Shown here: in pieces, positions 42,301 to 54,300 of the stretch
Position numbering within the stretch: the first letter of the stretch is position 1
Layout of the letters: every line of letters begins with the position of its first letter
Source: Vicugna vicugna
Taxonomy: Eukaryota
NCBI GenBank assembly: GCA_013265495.1
Contig: MU058781.1
Coordinates: 1,654,963-1,718,962 of the forward strand
DNA: 64,000 nucleotides
Reading direction: 5' to 3'
Made by a program: the position numbers and the translations under genes
The notes under the pieces: model-generated
What the model was told of the DNA's origin: nothing
Database searches by the model: none
What the model saw: only the letters and a program-made list of their open reading frames with translations

Positions 42301-45300
42301 TAAAAGAAGATCAGTATCATATTTGTTAACATTTAATCAAAATTCTTAAATGAATGGGCAGTATGGGGGTCTAGTTGCAATCATGTAATAACTTTAATCC
42401 CATTCCATCTGTAACTTAAATTGATCAGTGTTTAAAATCCATTCCAAAAGCTTATAGGAAAGACCCACAGCACCTGCTGTATCATTTCTTCCAGGTGTCA
42501 AACTGGGGTGGGTGGGTGGATATATATCCTCACAGGCTGGTGAGGTGATTAGAAAATTCCAGAATCTTTGCATTTGATGAATCCTCAGAGATCATCAAAT
42601 TGAAATTATTTTACAGAATGAGAACTAGAACCTCAGAATGAATGGTAGCTCTAGCTTCTTTTTAAAAAGTATAAAGTCAGTATATAAACTTGAGAATTTT
42701 TCCATAAAAATGTGTTCTTGACATTGAGGAAATGCTGATACTGAATTTGAAATACTTGCAAAAATATACTCCTTGGTTTAAAATGTTAATGCCAATATAG
42801 TAAAGTTTTCCTTATTTATGTTCATTTCAGTAAAATGAAATTTATCTAAATGTTTCAGGAAAGACCTTGCAAGGACAATCTTGACTGTGGGTGGTAAGAA
42901 GTATTTAAAATTTTAAATATTAGAATATTAAGTATTGGACATTGGGGGTTTTATGAGCATCTTAGAACTATGGGGAGTAAATTAGGGTCACATTGAAGAT
43001 AGAAATTAGGATTTTATTTTTAATTTATTACAAGAGAGTTAAGCATGCTGTAAACTGTAAAGAATAATTGATACTCCTTTACTCACCCACCAGCTCAGTC
43101 AGATTTTATCATTTTGCTCCATTTGCTTCAAATCCTTTTCAAAATAAATCAGAGTAACAGGTAAAGCCCCTGTGTCCACCCCTGCCCCATTCCCCTTTTT
43201 GTTTGTGGATGTAATCCTTGACTTGGGTTTGTTTTCCATTTCCAAGAATATTTTTCTGCTTTTGCTCTATGTATTCACAAGCAACATACGTTACTGTTTT
43301 ACAAATTTTAAAAGCATTCTATAAATGTCATCTTACCCAGTTGCAACTTGCTTTTTACCCTTAAAATTGTTGGAGGTGTAAACATGTTTATAAGTGGAGT
43401 TTTTGTTTCTCTTCTGTGGAAAACCACAGATTATCTAGGGATTTTATAGTAGAAGTATTTCTTAAGACTGGACAAAGCTGCTTTTGATGAATATTTTAAT
43501 ACATCTAAAATATAAAATACAGAAATGTCATTTTTATTATTTTGGTGGTGGGTAATTATTTAATTAATGGAGATACTGGGGATTGAACCCAGGACCTTAT
43601 GCATGCTAAGCATACACTCTACCACTGAGCTATTATACCCTCCCTGTATTTTTAAAAAATTATTATATGCTGACCTATTGTTTGAATCTTTCCCTTAATA
43701 TTTTTTTAAATTTTTAAAAAACTTTTAACTTTGAAATAATTATAGATTTACATGAAGTTGCAAAGTAATGTACAAGGAAGCTTTCCTCCCCCTAATGTTT
43801 CTTAAATATGAATTTAAGTGATTATATTTGCTCCTGGATGCATCTTGCTGCTTATCAAACACAGTGCTAGTCTTCTAAGATGAGACTCCTTAGAGCGGAT
43901 GCCAATCTGTGGAACTCATTTTTTCTTTCGCTTTGTGCCCAGAATTATCCATGTCTACCATGTTTTTAATCCCTAGATTATGACCAGCAGGTTGCTCTTT
44001 GTGAAGCATTGTGTAGACTGACGACAAAAAAATCAAGGGAAGACCTCGTCCACCAGTGGTTTGAAGATGATAGCATTGCTGAGGCTTTCAGAGAAATTAG
44101 GGATCGAGAATTTGAGACGGTGAGATTCTCGGTCATGAAAATTCCATCTAATCTGTACTTAAGGAAGCATCCTCTCAGTGCTTTCCTGTGCTTTGGGCTC
44201 AGGGGAGGATTTTTTTCTTAAATGTGGTTAAATTGCCATTCTCAAACTTCCTGTTTCCCACGCATAACTTGAGGACTGTAGAAACAGCACATTTGTGGAC
44301 CAAATGCAGGCATACACTTAGGGCGTCTTTATAGGAAACTTAGCCTGGACACAGAACTGTGTGAATTTAATGGATCCATTGGAGACAGTGTCATGGAGTG
44401 GGAAGCGATTTTCAACAAACATTGAAGGGTAGGGAGAGTCAGAGAAGAAAAAAACGTGAACTTCAAGGGGGAAGGTATAGCTCAGTGGTAGAGCGCGTGC
44501 CTAGCATGCACGAGGTCCTAGGTTCAATCCCCAGTACCTCCACTAAAAAATAAATAAATACACCGAATTACTTCCCTTCCCCTAAAACAAAAACAAAAAC
44601 AAAAACGTGCATTTCAGCATTGCAGAGAGCAGCTGGGACGGTGATGGGAGGCTGAGGCTGGCGTGGGTGCTCTAGTGGCAGAGGACTATTATGGGTTGGT
44701 TGTGTCGTGAGCCTTCCAGCCTCTACCATTTGGAGGCAAAGTAATTTTCCATGTCTTCCATGCAACCTGGGCTCACTGTGATTGTGTCCTTCGATAGTAC
44801 AGACATAGTTAATGGCTTTGCTACATGCTCACCTTTATCCTAAAATAGCTAAAGTGTTTTCCCTCTCCTTTAAAAAAGTTCTTGAAATGAGAGTGATTCC
44901 CATAGGAAAAGGTAAAGTTCTTAATAACAAGGCTCACATTGAACAAAGCCTTTCTGATCAAAACTTGCTGTGGGCAGTTAGGATTGTATTAAATCTGAAT
45001 CTTCAGGTATATTATTGAATATGTTAAACCTGACTTCAAGCCTGTTGCCAGATCTAAGGTAGTTGTTTAGCCAAGGTGCAGCTTGGTCCTTTTGGAGAAA
45101 GACCATGGGTAGGGTTTGGGTCCCACCTCCCCAGCTGACAGACGTGGTGTATCCATTTTGGCACAGCAGTTGACTTTTGCTTTTTGGGGTTTTGTTTGTT
45201 TTCACTGAAATATAGTTGATGTGCAGTATTAGTTACAGGCGTGCAAGACAGTGATTCACAATTTTTAATGGTGATACTCAAGTCACTTGTAGTTACAAGT

Positions 45301-48300
45301 TACTGGCTGTACTCCCTGGATTATACAATATAGCCTTGTTGCTGTTAGTTGACTTGAAGCCTGAGCATCCTCATCTGTAAAATGGGAATAAAACCCACCT
45401 CAAAAGTGTGAGAATTAAATGAGAGAAGCCGCAATTGCCTGGGACATTGTGGACACTCCCATGTCAGTTGCCTTTCTCCTTGGTCATTCCCTCATCTGCA
45501 GGGGAATTTGGGGCAAATATGGCAAAAGTCATTATCTTTTTTTTTTTCCTTTTTTGTGGGGGTAGGGGAGGCAGGTACTTAAGTTCATCTATTTATTTAT
45601 TACTTTTGCTGGAAGTACTAGGGATTGAACCCAGGTCCTCATGCATGCTAGGCATGTGCTCTACCACTGATTTATACCTTCCCCTCTTAAAAGTAATTAT
45701 CTTGTTTCTCAAATCACTTTCCCCCTAGAACCATCAGCTTCTTAGTGGAACTGCTTTTAGATGAAGGCTTGCATTAATGTTGTCCATTTTAGTGCCAAAG
45801 CTAGACATGAAGTGTGAGGATTGTTGGACCACAACAGACGGTCCTCGCTAACAAAAGGGACACTGGGCCAGTGCCTCTTTGGCTTTAGAGTTTGAGGGCA
45901 GCAAACTTGCCTTCCTAATAGTTGTTGGTTGGGAGAATTAAGAACATACTTGGAGAGAGAACTCAGGAAGGAGTGAGACAGAGAACTCTTGATGAGGAAA
46001 ATTGGCAGTGGATAAATACATCAGGATAAACTCCCAACTGATTAATGGTATGGGTTTATGGTTGGCTTGTGCTGGGAGACGGTAGGGAGATGGATGCCCA
46101 CTGGGTTAGTCAAATATTACAATGTCAGTCATCAATCAGGGATATTTCTCTCACTTAACTCTTCTAGCCCAGTGAAAGGTAATGGCACGTGTAACTTTTG
46201 GAGACCTAAGCATTCCTCAGCTGCAGATCTCATGGCTGGGAGTTCAGAACAGGAGTCTGGAGCCTCCCCTTTGAGACACAAAGTCTTGTTTTAGTTATAT
46301 CACACTTAATAACGAATCCTTATGAAGCTTTGTGATGTCCCTGGATCCTGGAAATGTAGACACAAAACATTGGCCTTTACATGTTCCAAAGGATAGCATT
46401 TAAATAAAATGCTTTGATATTTTAAAATTAAAAAATTTGCATTATTTACTTTGAAGGATTGTAGACAGTTTCTCAATCACCTAAATGACAGACTTGGCGA
46501 CCAAAGAAGGTAAGACATTTCTCTGAGCATTACTTTATTGACTAGACCTAGTCTGAAAATGTCTACTATTATAAAAAAAAAAAAATCTAGGCTCTGCTTT
46601 AGGAGAGAGCATAGGACCCAGCATTTACTGAGTTATCCTCTGAGTAGAAACCTCAGAAGAATAAACACATTCTGCCTAGCAATTCATTCGTGTGGGTTTA
46701 AAAATGATTTCCATCAGTCTTTAACGTATTTTCTTGTGATTTGGAATGGTTTTTATGTGATGTCCTCCAATAAGATTTTATGAATGATTTCCTGTAGGTC
46801 TGAGGTTCCTGGGGATAGATGCATTACGGACAGTTAAATCCTTGATGGGGAAATATTTGCTAAATTTATTCCTTAAGACTCTTGCCAAGCAACTGGGTGG
46901 AGGTATGTTACCAGCAACCTGGCGTGTTGGAGACCAGATGGAGATCTGAATTCTGCCCCTAGTAGATTTCCATTTGCGAGTCTGAGAGCCCCTTCCATAC
47001 TTTTTACAAAGGAACTCGGTGGCACACCCAAGTCGTTAATCTTGTTTGTAGAATGTCTGCAAGGTGGTGTGTGGGGTCCACCCATGTTTTACTTCACTTT
47101 TTAACTGTGAGGTGTTTTGCAGGGTCTGTTCATTTCCGTGCATCGCTGCTTTTGCTGATGAACGTGAGGTATGTTTGTCTCTGTCGGGGGCTGCGAGGGT
47201 GGGTGGCGTGTAATGAAACCCATAGTGAGGTTTACATCAGATCAAACTGCTGTTGCTCCACAGAAGGGCTTCTTTAAAAACGAAGCTTGCTTTTCCTCTT
47301 AGAGGTCTCAGCTCTGAAGCGTATTAGTTAAGAGCCCTACTGTTACTTCTGGATAAAGGAATCGTGGGGCTTATGCTGCGTTCACAAGGTCAGGTACGGG
47401 AACCATGCCTTCTGTTATCCTGTTAATGGGTGACATTACTCACGCCTGGAGTGGAGGGGAGGGCAGGTCCCTTGCTTCTTTCTATCCAGTTACATTTCCC
47501 GGTCTGTCCTCAGCACTCGGGTCACTCACGTTTCTCTAGATCTTTCTACCTTGTACTTCACAGTCTAAAGTGGAGCAGTATCTTTTTATCCCTTTCTTTG
47601 GTTTCTAGAGGAACAAGATCCTTCATGTAAATAAAAGTGCCCCAACCTACAGCATCTCCTTTTTGGGGTAAAAATCTTCAAAGGTCTCTGTGCCTGGACT
47701 CTGCCGAGGTTTCCTGAACCCCATCTCCAGAATATCCTAATTACCCATTTCTTGGTTTTGGGTCGGGAGCCCCTTCTTTGCCTCTGTGAGCTGAGCCTTT
47801 AACTCATGGCTACACCATGAGTTCCTTCTCCCCAGGGCTGGTTTTCGTAGCCTGATTGCTGTATCTCAGTTCTGTTTTTCCTACTGGTTGACTGAAGATT
47901 CTGATCTCTGCTTGATTTCTCTTCTTCCTAGGACTTCTAAATTTCTACCAGGGTCAGTAGGAGTCCTTACATTGCTTCCAGTAAGCATACATTGTATGTT
48001 AAAGCCTTCCTTCAACTCTGTAGCTATTAGAAAGCAGGTGTGTATGATGGAGCAGTGTCCAAGAAATACTATTAATCGGAAAAGCAAGTGATGGAATTGT
48101 TAAGTCTAGTGTTTGTTCCATCGCTGAGAATAAAAATGTAATAAGTACGTCCTGATATGTGTTTAGAACACATCTGGGGAAAAAACAGGCTTTGTTAATG
48201 GTGCCCATGGAAAGATACCTATGGGAAGCTGAGGGACAGAGAAGGAAACACTTACTTTCTATAAACTCCATTCTGTCCAAATCTTTCTTTCTTTTAACTA

Positions 48301-51300
48301 TAGGCATAATAATTATAATACAATCATCCCTCGGCATCTGTGGGGGATTGATTCCAAGACACCCCACCCTGTGGGTCCCTTATATAAAATGACTTAGTAT
48401 TTGCGTGTAACCTCCACATATCCCACCATATACTTTAAATCATCTCTGAATTACGTATGGTACCTAATGTAATGTAAATGCTATGTAAGTAGTTGCCAGT
48501 GTGTGGCAAATTCAAGTTTTGCTTTTTGGAACTTTCTGGAAAATTTTTTTCCTAATATTTTTGTTCTGTGGTCAGTTGAGTTCTTGGATTTGGAACCCAT
48601 GGATACAGAGGGCTGACTGTAATCAATTAAAATGAGGGTAATTTGAAATCTTCAAGTCTTAGCTTTATTTTGACAAATGGTAAGTTAGCTGGCAAATCAC
48701 CACTTATACTTGATCACAGCACCTCCTTTGCTAGACGTTTCCATCCAGATACAGTTACTGCTTCAACATAGAGCTGTTTTCTCTGTGATTCTCACCAGAA
48801 AACAAAAAAAGTTTGTGTGTATAGAGTCATCGACACATTTAAGTATCTATTAAATTGCTTAGTAGAGTTTTTCTAGAAATAGTTTAGTTACATAAAATTG
48901 AGACCTTCCTCCTGTTTTGCAGAAATGAGTAAGGCAATCAAGGGGGACCCTGTAATGTTAACGTGGTGTCGTCCTAGGAAGAGCAGTTCTGTTTTTAATG
49001 GAGTAATTTTCATTTGACCCTTTCGCACAAGATTAATGCTGAAATTTTATCTTACAGATGAGAAAACCTGCAGATGAAAAATTAGAAAAATTTTGGATTG
49101 ATTTCAACCTAGGAAGTCAGAGTGTAACTTTTTATATAAACAATACCGAGGTAACCATGCTTGATTGCTGTTTTTAGACCTAAGGGCTTAGAGAGTGTTC
49201 ATATCCAAGAATGTGCTCATGAGTTTCACTTATTTTTTCCAAGAGTGTCCTGTGGGACTCCGTAAGACTTTCAAAAGAAGCAGTGCTTAATTTCAGCGTA
49301 GTAGGTAAGATGATGATTCTGCACCGCCCCCACATTGAGTCCTGAGTACTATTTCATGTTATACCTGCAGTACATGTTTAGTTAATTCTAGGGCAGACTC
49401 TGCTTGCACCTCGGGGTAGCAGAGAGGGTGGTGAGTGCTGGGGAGGTGATGAGTGTCAGGGAAGGAGGGCTGTAATTCAGGGCCGGGATGTAGGGGTAAA
49501 AGATGGAGGTGACTCCTCCGCTTTGGAACGTTGGGATTCAATTACTTGCCTGGCTTTCTCATTGTAAAAGTGGTTATAGTTCCTCAATAAATTAAAAGTA
49601 GAATCATCATGTGATCCAGCAGTTTTACTTCTGGATATATATATATATATCCAGAAGTAAAACTGAAATGAAAGCAGGACTTGAAGAGATTTGCACACTG
49701 ATGTTCATAGCAGCATTATTCACAATAGCCAAGAGGCACAAATGACGAAAGTGTCCATTGATGAATGAATGGATAAACAAAATGTGATCTATCTTTACAA
49801 TGAGATAGTATCTAGCTTTAAAAGGGAAGGAAATTCTGGCACATGCTGCAGTGTGGATGAACCCTGAGGACATTATGCTCAGTGGAAGAAGCTAGTCACA
49901 AAAAGATAAGTACTGTATGATTCCACTTCAGCGAGGCATCTAAAGTAGTCAGATGGATAGAGACAGAATGTCGAATGAAGGGTACCAGAGGCGGTGGGGA
50001 AGGCAAGACGGGCAGTTGTTTAATGGGTGCAGAGTTTCAGATTTGCAAGAGGAAGAAGTTCTGGAGATCTGTTGCACAACAATGTGAATATACTTGGCAC
50101 TACTGAGCCCTACACTTAAAAATGGTTAACAAGGTAAATGGTATGCTTTGTACCACGATTTTAAAAGACAGTTATTGTACCTGCCCTACCTTTCGCATAT
50201 ATTTACAGTAACTGATGAGTTATGTAGGTATGTACCTCCTCTATTTAAATATCAGCCCTCTGACTCCCCCTTCTTAAATCTGTTACTCACATTTCTTCGC
50301 CGCTTGGTAGGTAGAGTTGAGGGGCATGAAATCAGGAGTGATCCTGGGCAGAAGTAAGTTGTTAGTCCAGGTCAGCATTTCAGCTGTAATCATATTTGAC
50401 CAGGATTCCTGAATTTGGTCTTTAAAGGGATGTTTTGAAAGTAACTCAGCATACATAACAGTTTTTAAGCAACTGGGTTTACTAAGGAGTTAAAACCAAA
50501 TACTAGGTAATTATATGGATTTTATACTTCTTTTCACAAAGGATTTAGGACATCTTGCATATGTGCATCTAATAAAAATAATATCAGAGTAACTATTGAA
50601 ATAATTTCCTTTCCACTTCTCATTGCAGAAAAACCTGGACAGTGAACAAATATCCCAGTGCAGTTATTTAAAATTAAAAATTAAAAAATACAGCATTTCA
50701 ATATGTTGTGTGCATCAGTGTGCTTTATTTTTTGCTAGAGGCTGAGATGAAGATACTCAGTATTCACCTGAAGGAGCCTATTAATATCAGAAGCAAAGAA
50801 ACAATGAAAATAGAAATCCGTTTTGAATTGCAATTCAACATATTACAAGCTTCCATGAAAGCTTTAGGAGAAGACAAACAGGTGGCAAGTTTAATTCTGT
50901 TTGAATATGTTTTAGAATGTTTTCATGTCTCTTAAATTTCCAGGTTGGGGTTTTCAAAAATCGAGATATAATTGACATAAAACATTGTATTAGTTTCCAG
51001 TGTACATCATCATGATTCCATATTTGTATATATTGTGAAATATTCATCACAATGAGACTAATTGACAGCCATCACCATTGTTAGAAGTTTTTTCTTGTGA
51101 GAACTTTTAATTTAGTCTCTTAGCAACTTTCAAATACCCAATATAGTAGTAGTAACTATAATCACCACGCTGTATGTTACATCCCCATGACATACTCATT
51201 TTATAATGGGAAGTTTGTACCTTCTGACGCTCTTTACCCATTTCTCCCACCGCCCACTCTGGGCTCTGGAACCACCAATCTGCTTTCTTTATCTGTGCAC

Positions 51301-54300
51301 TTACTGTTTTTTGTTTTTATTTTTACCCTAACCCTATGAGCTTGTTTTTTGTTTGTTTAAGATTCCACGTATAAGTGAGATCATATGGTGTTGATCTTTC
51401 ACTGTTTGACTTATATCACTTTTCATGAATTACTACTTTTAAAAATCAATGTGGCTTTTGGTTTGCATTTCAGGTGATGCCTCACCAGGCAAAAATCTCA
51501 GACCTTTTTGGTGAGTTTGAGAAAGAAGACACTGAGACGCCTAGCAGCCATGAAAAAGAGCCAGGTATACTGGAAAATCCCAAGTGTCTTACCCGGATTT
51601 CCTGTAACATCAATGATAAAATATTACTTGAAAGAGGTCACTGAAAACCTGTGGTCGTATAAGAGGAATTAATGTGTTGTTATACCTTTAGAGAAAGAAA
51701 AGTTGCTAATTAAACTTGGAATTACTTTCTCCACCTGCTACAGTCTCTCTTGGGGTCAGTTGGAAATGACAAAAGGGAAATAATGATGGGGTGGCAGGAG
51801 GCATGTGATGGGGTGTGTAAAGGTCCATCTACGCACAGAGCTGGCCCTACTCAGATTATCTTTCTCTTATGAGTTGGACCCAAAGGCTGTTTTCCAAAGT
51901 ACCCATAGATTTTTGGTCTGAGGTTTGAGGCAGGACCTAATTAGCAGCTCTTACCAAAAGATGGTGAAGTGCCAGCAGTGTGACTCCCACGAAGAGCGCA
52001 GAGGGGGGGGCGTACCCAGCGTTACGTATTGTTATTGTTACCACTTTTTACTGCTCTTCTCATAATGTGTACAGGCCAAGCAGAGGAATCCACTGAGCTG
52101 GCAGAGTTAGCCAGCGCTGAAGATGACCACTGCCTGACGACCCTCCCCTTAAATAACCAGTCTGAGCCTGCGGTGAGTGCAGGGAACGGGAGGCAGGATT
52201 CTAAACTGTGTCCACCAGGATGCTGGCAGGTGGAGGCTGACCGTCCTCACCTGTTGTCCATTTTCTCCTGGCCAGCCAGTTGTCTAACTATCTCCTCCTT
52301 CAAATTTCTTCTACCTGCCATGTGTGTTTTTTCTCCTTTCACTGTGGCTCTCCCATGGAATGTATGCCTTGGCTGGCTTTGCCTTATTCCCTCGTTTGGG
52401 ATCGAGAGACTGAGCTTGGGGACAAAAGAGCAGCCTAATGTTTGGAATCAGACCTGCTTTTCACTCACTAACTGTGTGAACTTGGGAGAATCACTTAAAC
52501 ACATTCAGCCTGAGGCTTCTCGTCTGTAAAACAAAGGTGGTAGCTGGTTCACAGTGTGGCACTCTTAGGGTTAAAGACGTAATGTACATAAAGCGCCTAA
52601 CACGCCGCTTGGCCTATGTTGATGTTCAGTGCAGTCCCTATTTCTGTGTGTTTCATCACATGAGCACATTATACAGAAGGGCAATGATAGTGTCATGATT
52701 TTCTTTTTTAGCAAATATACCAAAGATTATTCCTCCAAATAGATTGTCTCTGTGGGAACTTGTACACTTATCTCAACAGTTCTGACGCTGTTGAAGACAG
52801 TTTTGTAAGTCTCCCTTTGATGGTTCCCATAGTAACTTTGAGACACTTTGATTGTCTTTGATAGTGACAAATCTCCTGAGGGTGGGTATCAATTTGTTTT
52901 GGAACAACCAAAAGTCATTTGGAGCCAAATCTAATGAAGACCCTGATATCTTAGTATAATTTGAAAGGCACCATAATTAAACAAATATGTATATATACAC
53001 ATATTTTTTTTTCCTGCAGCAAACAAATACAGCCGATCATTCACCTGAGAAAACAAAACTGGATGATACTCCAAAAGGTCAGATTTTTAAAAATCATAAA
53101 TAAGGCTTGAGTGGTATATTTAAATGTTTACTTCGAGTTGCCTAACAATTTTTGTTTTTCGTTTTCATGCTTAGAAGTTGCTTCAGAACCCGAGTATTCT
53201 TTAGATTTACAAGAACCACCAGCAGAAACTCAGGTTTCTAAATTAAATGACACATCTAGGTAAGGGATTTTAAAAAACTGATAAGCCACATGGATTGCTG
53301 TTAATGTGGATAGTTAATTACAATTCCACTGTCTAGGTTTTCCCCTTTCTTGCATCTGGCCATGCCCCACACAAGGAGAGAGCACTGTGCAGTTTTCTGT
53401 AAGTTGATCTGAGCAGGACTGGAATGTTTTCTTGATCTACATGTTTCTACCATTATGCCCCTAATGCTATCTGTGGTGATGCAGTTTTCTGCAGCAAAAC
53501 ACTGACTGTCCCTTGCCAGAAAACACGTATCACTTGGCATCAGTTTATTTGCCACTTTTCCATGTGAGACTGGGTCACACGCAATTTTTTTTAACAGATT
53601 TATTGAGATATAATTGAAATAAAGTAATACACAAATCAAGTTTCTTTCTCTATGCTAGCAGCAATAAGAGAAAAAAAAACCTGATACCATTTACAATAGT
53701 ATGAAAAAATGACATACTTAAGGATTAATTTAACAAAAGGTGTGTAAGACTTCTATACTGAAAACCACAGAGCATTTCTGAGAGAAATTAAGCAAAATCT
53801 AAATAAATGGGGAGAGGTACTATGTTTATGGAATGGGAGGCTCACTATTGTTAAGATGCCAATTTTCCCAAACTGATCTATAGGTTCAACGTGATCTCAA
53901 TTCAAGCAGAGTTTTTTATTTGTTGTTTGTTTTTTAGAAATTAGCAAGCTATTTCTAAGTTGCAGGTGGAAATTTAAAGAACCTATAATTGCCAAAACAA
54001 ATTTCAAAAAGAAACACAAAGGGAGGAGGGCTAACACACTACCCGTTTTTAATACTTACTATAACCTTACAGTAATCAAGAGAGTATGATATTGGCATAA
54101 AGACAGATAAATACATGGAACAGACCAGGAAGTCCAGGAACAGACTACACATATATAGACAACTGATCTGTGACAGAAAGGCAAAGACAATTCAGTAGAG
54201 AAATAACAGCTTTTTTTCCCCAAGAAACGATGCTAGAGTAGTTGAGTGTCTATCTATATACGAAAAAGAAATCTTCAATCTTTACCTTCCACTGTATTTA

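Noticed and set aside
44467..44545. tRNA-like sequence with A and B boxes
   Set aside because: Followed by an A-rich tail and TSD and present in about 10 diverged copies, so it is a SINE rather than a tRNA gene.
52029..52529. 166-aa ORF with a hydrophobic, signal-peptide-like start
   Set aside because: It is SYCP2L exon 17 plus flanking intron. The hydrophobic start is the polypyrimidine tract, and it begins at TTG.
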